Assembly (NCBI GenBank): GCA_965113315.1 | Contig: OZ220367.1 | DNA length: 64,000 nt | DNA from: Podarcis vaucheri | Lineage: Eukaryota | Strand: one strand, 5' to 3' | Part shown: positions 12,701 to 24,096 of the stretch, one piece after another | Layout: each line of letters starts with the position of its first letter | Position numbering within the stretch: position 1 is the stretch's first letter | Notes under the pieces: model-generated | Database searches by the model: none | What the model was told of the DNA's origin: nothing | The model's input: only the letters and a program-made list of their open reading frames with translations | Translations under genes and position numbers: made by a program

Positions 12701-15145
12701 GTTGGAGCATGGCCTGAATGAGGGTCCTCATCAAAGCCAAGCCCTCACTCTGCTGCTGTGGGTGAGTTTCCGCCATGCCCCATCCCTCCCGTCTCTGCCA
12801 GAAACAGAGCTCAATTTTCCTTTCTTTTTGCCCTGCAGGTGAGCAAGGCTTTGTTGCTACGCTACCACCCGCTAACCACACACCTGACGGACAAGGTGAG
12901 CTTCTGGGAAAGGCCTGGGACCCTCAGGGAGGCCACTGTGCCCTTACCACATTCAATGGCTTCTGTCTTTTACCCTACAGCTCCTTGTGCTTTTGGGGGA
13001 CACGGTCCTTGGCCCTGCGGTGGGCGATGGCCTTGCCTTGCTCATGGCCGACTCCCCAGATGTGCTGGGCAAGAGCTGCCACGCTGAGGTGCGCCTCATG
13101 TTCCGCCAGCGCTTCTTCACAGAGTGCGTGCCGCAGTTGGTGCAGGGTTTCCACACAGCAGCTCCTGGTAAGAATTTCCTCTGTCCCATTTCTTACCGAA
13201 AGCATCTGAATTAACAGGAGGAGCACAGTTGGAATAATGGTCAAATTGAAATGAGGACGCTACTGCAGCATTTTAGCATATTTTTGTCTGCAGAAATTGT
13301 GGACTCCTTGCATGAACCGCCTTTTGTAGCCCTCTTTGGACAGTAGGAGCTTCTGAACCCTCGACAACAAGAGGAGCAGTCTGAGCCTCTCGCCTTTTTC
13401 TTCCTCTTCCCGGACCCCTCGGAGTTTCTGGAGATGATTTTGGGTAGGAAAGCTCAGAACTCTGAGCTCGCCTACTCTGCCTGTTACATGGGACAAACAA
13501 ATTGCTTTTCTTTACTCGCAAGAGGTGGACCTTCACTGTAGGCTCTGTAGAGGTCATTTGCTATTCAATTTCTAAACTGTCATAACCTTTTCGGATGAGT
13601 CTCCTCGGAGCCACAGGATTAAGCCTTGCCCTTCTGTTCTTCCTAGATGTGAAGGCGAATTACCTGAAAGGCCTGTCTCACATACTGAACCACCTGCCCA
13701 AACCAGTGCTAGTGACAGAGCTGCCTACGGTGAGTGTGCAGCAGTGCTGAGCACCAGGCCCTAAGAACTCTTGGGAATTATTCTGTGGGTTGGGCATATT
13801 ATGGAGAAGAATGACCCCCCCCCTTTTTCAGCTAGGATAGCTCAGTTGGTTAGAGCATGGTGCTGAAAATGCCAAGGTTGCAGGCTCAATCCTTGTGCAT
13901 TCCAGGGAGTTGGACTAAATGATCCTTAGGGTCTCTTTCAACTCTACAAGTCTGTTGATTCCATGACTCTACCCGCTTTTCCCCCAGCTGCTACCTCTCC
14001 TGCTGGAAGCTCTGTCGTGTCCTGACCTTGTGGTGCAGCTCTCAACTTTGCACTGCCTACAGCCGCTGTTGCTCGAGGCGCCACATGTCATGAGCCTGCA
14101 CGTCGACACACTCGTGGGCAAATTTATCAGCCTGACAGACAACCCTGCTATGGTGAGTACTGGGTAGCCTCTTTATGCAGCTGGGTACTCCCGGTTTCCT
14201 CCTGGATGGTCAGCAGAAGACTAAATGTACCATTTATATTGCAGGCAATCCGCATTGCTGCGCTACAGTGCCTCCATGCACTTGCCTCCCTCCCCACTCC
14301 AGTGGTAAGTAATGGATCTGCCCGATAGCTTGCCAGATGCTCCAACATTTGCCTTACTTGTGCCAAGATCTACTTGTCTCCTGTTGCTAGCACAAACAGG
14401 TATTAAGACCTCCATGGGAACTGTGGGAACCTCATTGATGGTGGCTTCTGCTTGCTACCAGGTGATACCTTACAAGCCACGAGTGATTCGAGCCCTGGCC
14501 AAACCCCTGGATGACAAGAAGCGGCTGGTGCGGAAGGAAGCTGTGGCAGCACGAGGAGAATGGTGAGCAGGACTCTTTCTCTTGGGGGACGGTGTAGAAA
14601 AAACAGTACCAACTTAAATACACTGTAGTTGCTCGACTTGGCTGTCCTTGAGACTCACTGTAATTAAATTGGAGGTAGGTTAACATATCCTTGTACAGAT
14701 GTGATGAAGCCATTTTGATTTGAGCGTAGAGGTTTGGATTAATAACTTGGGTTTTGACTAAGCAATCAGGATGAAAAAAAAGTATAAGACTTGAAAAGAA
14801 ATGTAGAATATCTGAATTATTGTAAACACATTAAAATGTTAACAGTAATAGAATAAATTCAGCAGTAAGAAATATTTTGATATAAAACTGGGAAAACGAG
14901 AATGGGGGGGGGTAGACTATGTAGCATAAAAGAGTTAATAAAATGAACCAGGGAGGGGAGGAGGGGGAAGGGAAGTCAAGGATATTTGGATGTAAAGTTG
15001 TCTTTAAATTTGTAAAAAAATGAAAATGGTAATTATTTATAAATAAATTTCTTAAAGGGTTCCTTTTGTTCATGCCTTGCTGCTGCTAAAGCCCGCTGTG
15101 GTGGTCTTTTTCTTCAGGTTTCTGCTTGGGACACCTGCCAGGTGA
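333..15145 (+). CDS. MMS19: MMS19 cytosolic Fe-S assembly (CIA) targeting complex HEAT-repeat protein; 5'-partial, 29 coding exons in window
   Basis: Exons (all GT-AG, frame-consistent, 2920 nt): 333-433, 1386-1471, 2104-2178, 3179-3248, 3336-3464, 3818-3879, 4043-4129, 5473-5547, 5815-5892, 6474-6612, 6936-7090, 7309-7387, 8270-8395, 8714-8795, 9715-9812, 10153-10284, 11031-11186, 11458-11557, 11932-12034, 12138-12215, 12388-12514, 12661-12761, 12839-12895, 12981-13167, 13647-13729, 13988-14152, 14245-14304, 14462-14562, 15118-15145. Recognised peptides: GADFTFGFIQVMDGEKDPRNLL, LFEVTSCYFPIDFTP, AKPLDDKKRLVRKEAV..RGEWFLLG. The N-terminal exons lie upstream of the window. Confidence 0.97.
3655..3704 (+). 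repeat. (CT)n(GT)n compound microsatellite
   Basis: Directly visible. Confidence 0.95.
4264..4305 (+). repeat. (CTT)n plus (TACA)n microsatellite at an L2 tail
   Basis: Directly visible. Confidence 0.9.
4300..4398 (-). mobile_element. L2 3'-tail fragment
   Basis: CCCATCTGGCTGAGTTTCCTCAGCCACTCTG...ATTAAAAACTTCC, same family. Confidence 0.75.
6003..6275. mobile_element. Mariner/Tc1-type MITE
   Basis: TA|CTGCATTGG..GAATATAAG ... CTTACATTCGGGCCAATACAG|TA imperfect TIRs, with repeated GCGGCTTATATTC subterminal motifs. Confidence 0.7.
10411..10755 (+). mobile_element. Older tRNA-derived squamate SINE (Squam3-like), split by the tRNA-Ile SINE
   Basis: AGCTCAGTAGTAGAGC / GGTTCAATCCC A and B boxes; the body resumes after 10645 with CCTGTCTGAAACACTGAAGAGCCACTGCCAGTCAGTG. 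Confidence 0.7.
10495..10645 (+). mobile_element. tRNA-Ile-derived SINE with CR1-type 3' tail, nested in an older SINE
   Basis: TAGCTCAGTTGGTTA..GTGGTGCTGATAA..CAAGGT..CAGGT.CGATCCC head plus GGTTGGACTAGATGATC..GGTCCCTTCCAAC tail. Confidence 0.8.
11758..11880 (+). mobile_element. L2 3'-tail fragment
   Basis: ACATCTGAAGG..GCCCTGT.TAGGGAAGTTTTTAAT...GCTGCCCAGAGTGGCTGGGGCAAC, same family as 29190-29490. Confidence 0.75.
12056..12076 (+). repeat. (CTG)7 intronic repeat
   Basis: Directly visible in a 103-nt MMS19 intron. Confidence 0.85.
13835..13968 (+). mobile_element. tRNA-Ile-derived SINE with CR1-type tail (internally deleted)
   Basis: Same head and tail as 10495-10645; ends about 20 nt before the MMS19 acceptor at 13987. 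Confidence 0.8.
14720..15050 (+). mobile_element. L1-like 3'UTR fragment in the last MMS19 intron
   Basis: A-rich, with a G-rich patch ending GGGAAGTCAAG that is shared with the 23437-24096 element; terminal AATAAA. Boundaries approximate. Confidence 0.5.
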
Positions 15146-15408
15146 AGGTTCACACTGCAAATCCTGACTGACAATCTCACCTGCCCCCACTCACCTGGTA
15201 AGCTGTTGGCCTTGATGTCCTGGGGCCTAGATTTCCATGCAAAGCAGCAAGGCTCTGGGCAGAAGAGGACTTTTTTGTGGACTGCCCTTTCCTAACCACA
15301 ACATCAGCGTTCAGTAGGAAGGAATAGCCGGCCCCTGTTCCTGCTGCAGCGCAGTAGTGAGTGGAGGTGGCAGGACCCCCATATATTATGTATGTATGGG
15401 GCCAGAAG

Positions 15409-15414
15409 AATAAA
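15409..15414 (+). terminator. Probable MMS19 polyadenylation signal AATAAA
   Basis: AATAAA about 265 nt after the stop codon, followed by GT/T-rich sequence. Confidence 0.6.
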
Positions 15415-16196
15415 AACTTGTTTGCTAACAGCCTCTGGCAAAAGTGCTTCTTGTGGGGAAGTAGTAGAAATAAGGGTCTTGCCTTCACCTTCTATTAAGT
15501 CCAGCTTCCCCACCTTCCTGCCATAATGGTGTCTGCGTACAGAGAGATTTTTCATGTGCTAATAGAACTAAAGCCTACTGCATGAACTTAGCACCTCTCA
15601 TGCAAAGATCAAACAGTGAATTACTTTAATACAGAATATTTCTGAATACAAGTTGCAAGAGCTGAGCCTAGGTGTCTAGGAACGTTCTGTCTGATGTGAT
15701 ACCTGCTGGAGAAATCTAGCAAACTAGCATAGGAAGATACTGACTGATCTGGTATGCCTTTTTCTGTAAGTGCAGGCTGGTGGTTGTTTACTTTCTTAAT
15801 TATCAGCCACTGGTATTAAATTGGTGAAGCTGCAGCTGCCTTTGGCAGTAAAATGAGTTCAGAAATCCACCTGAGCCCCTGTGTGGCATTCTGCAATGAG
15901 GTGGTAGTTTGCTTGTTTGGAAAGTGTTCTACAAATAAAGTTTTTAAAGAGTGCCACTGCTGCCCATCTGAAATTTATATATACATGGCTCCCTAGTTCC
16001 TCTGCTGTGTCTTTCCAGTGACAACCCTCATTAATGAACATAGCAGAACTGCATTTGAAAATCGATGAAAGTACATGACTGGCCATGACATAGAGCATTG
16101 TACGTGCTGGAAAACAGCTGAGCCTCAGTAGTAGAGAGTCCATGCTTTACCCTTCCTAGGTGTAAGACTTCTGCTGGCAAGGTGCCTACTCTTGAA

Positions 16197-16331
16197 TAGC
16201 GTTTTTCAAACTTGGGTCCCCAGCTGTTGTTGGAATACAACTCCCATCATCCCTAGCTAGCAGGATCAGTGGTCAGGGGTGATGGGAATTGTAGTCCACC
16301 AACAGTTGGGATCCAGGTTTGAGAAACACTG
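16197..16331. mobile_element. Short palindromic hAT(Charlie)-like MITE
   Basis: Arms TTTTCAAACTTGGGTCCC..ACAACTCCCATCA / TGATGGGAATTGT..GGGATCCAGGTTTGAGAA. Diverged relatives near 29513-29643 and 60185-60300. Confidence 0.7.
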
Positions 16332-16978
16332 GTCTAGCCATTGACCACACCTTAACTTGAATTAATGGTGTGGCCTGGGGCTGTGTTGAAGGCCTAATAC
16401 TCTTATTAAGTAGATGGTTGCAAAGAAAGCAGTGCTTAATGGTATATGTCCCATGGCTATTATAATGGAACCCCTCCCCATACACTTCTCAGGGCTGCTT
16501 TTCATACATGCTCCATAGCTGAGTTTCAGGTAGTCAAAACCAGTCCTGAATAGCACCCCACCCCCCTTAATCTTACTATGTACCACTAGCTCTGGACTAC
16601 TCATAAATTATTTGTACAAACATGGAAGGGCAGAACACTGAGAGGTAGTGTCAGCTTCTCATGTTGCTGCTTTGAAAGGGCTACAGAAATCTGCAGTTTG
16701 GTGAGAGGTCAACAGAGTGGAAAACTGGCAATGGTACATATACAAGAGTAGGGACAATCTGTGGCTTTTGGCCTTACACCTAATGGCTGGGACCAACAAA
16801 ATCTCTTAAGACCTGCAGCTATCTGTAAATGCAGCATTGTCTTGTACACTGCCTGGAATCTGTTCTGAAAAGACAGTTGTGAGCTACAGGGAGATCAATC
16901 AGTTTATTCAGATATTTCCACCATTGTGCCTTCTCTTCTGCTAAAGAGGAACAGATGCCACACCATATTAAAATGATT

Positions 16979-16984
16979 TTTATT
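16979..16984 (-). terminator. Probable ZDHHC16 polyadenylation signal (AATAAA on minus strand)
   Basis: TTTATT on + about 370 nt past the stop; a second copy at 16903-16908. Confidence 0.55.
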
Positions 16985-17349
16985 TTTGTTTAAAAAATCC
17001 CTGCCTACACAGTGGAAGAGTAACAAGACCCTGGCATACCAGCCAGGGTCCTGAGGTGGGGCAGGGGGCATATTGCGCCTTCCTCCACTACCAGGAATAC
17101 CAATACTTCATCCTACATAGGCTGGATTATGTGGGCAAGACATTGCTGTCTCACCGCAGCTGCCTGCAGCTGGGGGGGCTCTTCCACCTTCATCCTAAGA
17201 CTGCTGGAGCAGTTTGCTGCAGCTGGTGCAATTGTGGCGTGTGACGTCACCAGCACCTCGGGGATCTGTGCTGTCCATTATGCTGCCCCTTGAAAGCAGC
17301 CTGTGGTTTCCCGTCTTCCAGCAGCTGGTCAACTCTGCCCTTTATCAAA

Positions 17350-20300
17350 TCAAATTGTCAAGAGAGGAGTCTTCTGTTCCACAATGCAGGGTGGAGTTTC
17401 CCAACTCAGGCCAGATCCATAGGGTGTGTGTGTGGAGGGTAGTAGAACTCGGGTGACCCAATGCCTAGAAAAGAGAACATCTTTCAATGAATAAATGGAA
17501 CACAGGAAGACATTTACAGGCTTGCTAGTATATTCCGCCCAAGCATTTTCCAGATTACAGAGGACCTAGAGGGCTACAGCATTGCTGTGGAATGCAAAAT
17601 AAGCAGCTTCAGCTGTGCCTTGCTTTGTCAAGCCAATCCCAGCCACCCTATTGTCCAAAAGACAGGGCAGATGTAGAGTATACCAGTTGCACATTTCCCG
17701 TTCTCACCTCTGTGTCTCCACACCCAGGAAAACCTTCCAATTTCCCAAAGGACCATAGTTGTATGGGTTTCGGAAGACCTAGACCCAATGGAAAAGTAGC
17801 ATGAAATTATATTCTGCTGGGTGGTTCTAGCATATTTATTCATTCTTCCATTCTGCATAGCAACCCCTCTTGGGAAAATCTGGTCAAACTTCAGAATTAT
17901 TCAAATGGTCAAAAATAAGTGCAACGGAATCATACCCTTAAAAAAAAAAGTCTCCCTGTTTATGTAGCTGAGTTCTATATAATGTATTAAAATTAATTCA
18001 AATAAAATATTCAAATGCATGCCTGATTAAAAATAGTTTTGTGTTTTCTGGAAGCCGGAGAATAACAGGGTCAACTCAAGAGGAAGTTTGTGTATACAGG
18101 AAGGGGCTGCAGGAGAAAAGGCCCTGTTTTAGCTATTTTTCTAACTAAACACCCTGAAGTGATGGAACTTTAGCGTGACACACACACACATCAAGCAACT
18201 AGGTGAGCTCAGCTGTTCTGCCTCCATTTTCTCCCCCCGCCCCGCCCCCCACTGAAGGTTGAGCCTTGCCCTCCTCACCTTGCCCTTCAATCGGAGTCTC
18301 TTTCTTTCTTTGCGGTTTATGTGCCTTTCAATGCTGGTCTCACCACGAGTGATGAGGACAGAATGCCAGAGCATGAGAGCGCCCAGTGCCAAGGCTACCG
18401 AACTGCAGGGAAATGAACAGAGGAATGTTGCAGCGGGTGGGCAAAGACCAAGTAGCTGAAATAGCTGGAGCAAGTCGCTTATTATCTCTCACTGACAGCT
18501 GGATGAGGCTTTTGCAGAGAGCAGAGAATAAGACAGCTAGAAAGCTCTGTGCTCCGGAGGCTGACTTGGCAGCTTTCTCAAAGCATTCCGGAGAGACTTG
18601 CCCCTCCTCTTCCCCATGAGCACCAAACAACCAGATCAGTTACCTGCAGAGGACCCAGGCATACACTATACTCTTGTGGAAAGCTCGCTGGCGGAAGGAG
18701 AAGGTGGGTGGTGGTGTCTGAGAGTAAGTCTGCAAGGAAAAAGCAGATGTTGCGGTGGCCAGAGATGCGAGGATGCAGCGGAGGATGCTGTGACCCCAAA
18801 CCAATGAGATGTGGAGGTCTTTCAAGGACAAATGGGTGGACGGACAGCACAGCACAAGACAGACACCTCTTGAGAGGCAAGGGTCTTGATCATGAATCAG
18901 CGATGGGGCAGAGCATGGGTACCGGGGTTCAATACTCACTTCCCTTACTCCCCATTCATACATTATCTTTTGGAAGACAAGAATACAGCGTCACTTAGCC
19001 AGCTGTGCAAACACTTCCTCCCCTCGATGGCACAACCAACTGCAGCTGAATGGGCTCGGGCTCCCTTAGGAGGAAGAAAGGAAGGAGGGATTCTGCCCAG
19101 GAAAGGGAATCTGAGCAGTCACAGCCACGGCTGTAGAGTCAATTGCTGGGGCAGAGCAGCAAGCTCCCCTGCCATGCTCTGCCCTGTCCCTGACTTGAGC
19201 AGCGGAGCAGCAGGTACCCCACCTGATTGGCTGTCACGTGCAGTCTCCCCTTGTCAAGCAGTTTCATTTTCTATCGGATGGAAAAGAGGCTGCCAGTTAC
19301 ACACACTCAGTTCTCCTCGGCCTATGTAACTCCTCGTGCAGTTATCCAGGCCAGGAGGAAGAGCCCCTCCCCCTCCACTGAGAAAGCACCCCCCCTCCCA
19401 TGCCACCATGTGCCCAGACAGACCCCAGTTCAGCCAGAAACCTCACCTCAATGGCAGCATAGGCCTCCCAGAACAGGTCCCAGCCGCTGACGCTGCTGTA
19501 GATGCAGCCCATGGTCATGAACAGCATGAAGGAGAAGAAGTAGCGGTGGTTGAAGTGCCCCACGCAGTTGTTCAGCCACGCTGTCCCTTGGGGTTAAAGG
19601 TCTGTAAAGGCAGGCAAAAATCTCCAACCCTCCTCACCATGTAACAGGGGATAGCCAATTCTGGATCTGCACCCAAACCGTACTGGTGATTTAATTGATC
19701 CACCTAGTATTATGCCACCTGTTGGGGCTCCTTCCAATTTTGCTGCTCCTTTCAATTTGGGGGTGTGAGGAGATCTGCTTACTCAGGACACACTTTAATA
19801 AAGCCATAACCCAGCAGGCAAGAAGAACAGGGGATGATGCTTCACATAGGAGGAATAGCAGTTCTGGCCTAAGAACCATTTTGCTTTGGTGCTGAAACAG
19901 GAATGCCCTCTGAAATGCAGCTGATGATTCCCAAAACATTTACTGAGACGTGCCTCACTGGAGATCGGCACAAATACTTTTCCTTTTCCTCTTCAATGTT
20001 GCAAGTTTACCCCCTTGGACCAGTTAATCTCAAGACATCCTTTACTTTCCCTGGGGGTATATATTATCACTTTGCATATATCATCGCGCTCCTGGGACAA
20101 GTGACCTTACAGGAGACCCCCAAGTCAGTCCAGCTATGGGCCTGCAGAAGGATACGGCAGTGATGGTCCATCTTCAACACACACCTGTGGAAGGGAAATA
20201 GCATTTGCATTAGGGCACCATTGCACACTGGAGGTGAGACAGAAGGAGAAGGGTTTGCTGACAGCGCAGCTTAAATAGTAAGGAAATGATGCAGCTATGG

Positions 20301-22536
20301 AACATGACACGGTGCAGCAACACAAGGCAAGAAAAACAAGAACAAGTCACCACTCGATCCCTTAATGAGCATGCAAGCAAGAGACTGGCTGAAGGCTGCT
20401 TGGCGAGAGCTGGGTACTGGCTGCTCACTGGCCTCAATGCAAAGCCCTCTGCAGTCTTTGGCAATGTTACCTTAGTGTAAGGAGACTTCTGCACAAACTT
20501 GCAGGTGTTCCTAAAGGTAGAGATGCATATAGTCTATAGATACACAGATGCACCCCAAAGCTACACAGCATTTGGCAGAATTTAGCTTCTTGAGCATGTT
20601 TCCTTTCATTAAGAAAGGCAAGTTTCTAACCTTTATGGCTTGGGAAATAAAACCAAAGGTTTAAAGTGAGTGGAGAACGCAAAGAAGATTCAAAGAGGAG
20701 GAGGACTGAGCAGCATTTCCCAAGCTCTGATGTTCTGCATTGTCCTTTACCCCTAATCCCACAGGTAGCAGACATTATGCAAAACAGACATATGCAGACT
20801 GAACATATTTGCCTAATTTATTAAAACCATACAATTTTATTTTCCCTCGCTCCCATGCCACCCTTCCTCTATTTACTGTACTTTCTTTTTCAGTGCAGAG
20901 AAACTACATTGATGTTCTTACAGGTTATATCTCAGCTGAAAGAGTTAGAGGGACTCCAAGACTTCAGCATGAGAAACAGGCAACAATTCATATACGTCCA
21001 GATTATTATTGTCATCGCAGTTCTGCATCAGAGGAAACTCTCACTCCATATCCAAAATTATGAAGATCACAAAAGTGCGCAATGAGTCAAGTAGTTATGC
21101 TTCCTGCATTCTCGTGCTTTATTCTGAAACAAGTATTTGGATATTTGGGGAAAATGTAAGAGAATCACAAGAAGTATATGCCAAGAGGGGAACGTGGAGT
21201 TCAGAAAGCTTTCTAAAATTCTCAGGAGTCTTTGCCAGACACAGGATTCTGCACTAGCTACCACACAACATTTCATGCTCACATACAATGTGAAAGATAA
21301 ATGACCCTGGTTATCTGCCTGCCCATAAAGCATCTTTAAAGGGTTCAGGTTTCCACACGTGACACTGGTCTGATACAAGGGGAATGCCCACCTGTTGCAG
21401 ATGCTGCAGTGGTGGGTCCGGGCAGGCTTCGGGGCAATACATTTCCTGCAGATGGAGACAGCAGCGACATCGCTCTTCAACTGCTGCTGGAAGGAACATC
21501 GGTAGCCTTTAGCGCGGTTGCAAGAGTGCCATTGCCCTTACACTAACCCAAAACACACTGGGTCAAGCATATTTGGACATGGGCCCTCTGGAGCTTGCAC
21601 ACAGTGGAAACTCGATATCAGCCCTTTGTCCATAACGTTCTGTGTAAGAGTCACCAGTGAAAGAAGAAGTGGTAGGAAATCATGTCCTACCATGGATCTC
21701 AGTGTTAAAAAATAAACTTATTAAAAGTGAAATTAGAGATATTGGTGCCTCTACCCTACCTGTGGAGGAAAACCGGGCTGAGTAGTGATGGCCATATAGT
21801 AGTGGAAGACAATCATGACAAGGTTCCAGTGACCATAGATGAAATGCCAGAAGATCCAAAGAAGGGGGTAGGTTCGCAAGACGAGTGGCAAGAGGCAGAC
21901 ATACACTATGACCACCACTGAGCTGGTCAGAGTGATTACCAGGGCCACAAACACCTGTTGAGGGGGAAGAGGGAAGGGTCTGAGCCACCAACACACTGCA
22001 GACAAGTCTCAGCCCTTTCGATGGAGGAATGTTTCCAGTGGATGGATCCCCATGCTAAATCCCAACTTGGTCTCCCCATAATCCGAAGAAAACAGCAGCA
22101 CTGGGGGACCACAAAAGAATTCAGCAAAGCATTAGCGCCATCTCCTCCCACATCTGCAAGGTCATGTATCTCCTTGCACAGCTTAGATGTTTGATGGTGG
22201 CTTGAAGCCCAGGGCTCAAACTCTTTATTTCCTAGAGCTGAACATGTCTCCAGGGGGCCTGAAGCTGCACTCCACTGCCTTTCCTCCCAGGATACTCACC
22301 ACCCCAAACCAGCGGGTGACGTGATCCACCAGCCAGTAGATGGGCTCAAAGAGGGCGTCGAGAGCAGTGTCGCCATTAGCAAAGGAGTTGTACACCAGGG
22401 AGCGCAAACAGAGGCGCCCATACAGCCAGAGCTGCCCCACATGCTTAGTCAGCCAGAACCGCCGCCGCTGACCTATCCGCAGGCATTTCAGGAAGAAGCG
22501 CATGACAGCGGAGTACATCCTCTGGCGGCTCCTCAT
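17350..22536 (-). CDS. ZDHHC16: Palmitoyltransferase ZDHHC16 (DHHC domain), complete, 375 aa, 10 coding exons
   Basis: Exons (minus strand): 22536-22300, 21954-21760, 21480-21392, 20184-20156, 19580-19447, 19270-19223, 18729-18644, 18402-18279, 17778-17708, 17464-17350, total 1128 nt. Contains [54 protein letters not shown] and VFRNPYNYG. The ORF-track start at 22545 is a GTG; the ATG is at 22536. Confidence 0.97.
19581..20155 (-). other. U12-type (minor spliceosome) GT-AG intron in ZDHHC16, immediately after the DHHC codons
   Basis: Minus-strand 5' splice site GTATCCTT; branch box CCTTTAAC (19600-19593) 12 nt from the 3' splice site; no polypyrimidine tract. Confidence 0.9.
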
Positions 22537-23436
22537 CCCTGCCACTCAGAGCCTGTGGAGAGAGGAAGCAGTGTTAAGTAGATACTGGACATCGGGTTTA
22601 GATGGAAGGCAAAGGCTTGGTGCCAAATATTCAGCGGCTGAGTCTACTGCTCCAGAATCACAATGCTAAGGGATGTAGGAAGGTGGAAGAGTCACGGCTG
22701 ATCATAGGATAGTGCTGAGGGTGAGGAGTCACTCTCACTTCAGATGACTCCAGTGCAGCATTGGTGGAAAGGTTTTGCTCACCCACCACTGTCCATGTGA
22801 GTAATGACAGCTAGCAGAATGCACCCAGAGTTGAATGTGTCCCCTCTGTGGCTCTGCCAATTCTCCTGCCCATCTTCCGAGATGGAATACCCAGGCGTGA
22901 ATGTATATACACTGAGTTCAAAGGGCAAGAGATTGCCCAGAGCACACACAGCACCCCAAAGGCCAAAGAGGCACATCTATGAAGTTTGCATTTGGATTTC
23001 CTTTCCCAGCATAATGGAGAAAACAGCTATCAGTGGCTACTAGCCATGATGGCTATGCTCTGCCCCCAGTTCTGAATCCCAGTTGCTGGAAACTGAAGAC
23101 GGGCAGAAGGGGAGAGTGCTTCTGCGCTCAGGTCCTGCTTGCAGGTTCCTCCCAGACATCTGGTTGACCTCTGTAAGAGCAGGATGGTGGACTAGACAGG
23201 TCTTTGCCTGATCCAGCAGGCTCTTCTTCAGCTCTCATAGCAAAGGGAGAGAATGACTGAGGAAACCAGGCATCTCATGAGTGGCAGAGATACAGTGCCC
23301 TTTCCCCAAAGTTGTTTGCTGTGGTGTAGTCCAGAATTTTTAGGGTAGGGGGGATACCTTGAGTTAGGGATGGACCCTTCCAAAACAGAAGACAAGCCCA
23401 TATAGAGCTGAGCACCTACGAGATTTAGAGAGCTGA

Positions 23437-24096
23437 GATGGAAATTGCAGGAACTACCAACGATTGAGGGGTGGCAGACAAAGATGATGGACTATGCGGA
23501 ACTGGCCAAGCTGACAGACAGGTTCCGGAACCAAGACGACCAAAAGTTTCAAAGAGAGTAAATTTATTGACAATATGAATACTTATTGTAAAAATGTGAA
23601 GACACTAGTGGGATTGATATAAATCATGCAATGAGAAAACTCTAAATCTAAAAACTTGATAGACCATTGAGACAGAGTTGATCATAAGGATATAAAGGTC
23701 TGAAGTAGAGGATATAAAGTGCGGCACAAAGATTTGAAAATTAAAAACTGGTTGAAGGGATGGAGGGAAGTCAAGAGCTCAGTAGAGCAAAGAATTTATT
23801 TGTTTTGCTTTTGGTATGCTGAAATATTGTGTTAAAAGAAATTAATAAAAATTATACAGTGGTACCTCAGGTTACATACGCTTCAGGTTACAGACTCTGC
23901 TAACCCAGAAATAGTACCTCGGGTTAAGAACTTTGTTTCAGGATGAGAACAGAAATTGTGTGGCGGCGGCGCAGTGGCAGCAGGAGGCCCCATTAGCTAA
24001 AGCGGTGCTTCAGGTTTAAGAACAGTTTCAGGTTAAGAACGGACCTCCGGAATGAATTAAGTACTTAACCCGAGGTACCACTGTATTTTTAAAAAG
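23437..24096 (+). mobile_element. 5'-truncated L1/Tx1-like LINE 3' end with 17-bp target-site duplication
   Basis: GAGATTTAGAGAGCTGA at 23420-23436 and 24097-24113; residual peptide ELPTIEGWQTKMMDYAELAKLT; AATAAA and A-rich tail. Confidence 0.75.
23857..24083 (+). mobile_element. Tc1/mariner-pogo (Tigger-like) MITE, family A copy 1
   Basis: TA|CAGTGGTACCTC...GAGGTACCACTG|TA terminal inverted repeats; nested in the L1-like tail. Confidence 0.9.
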
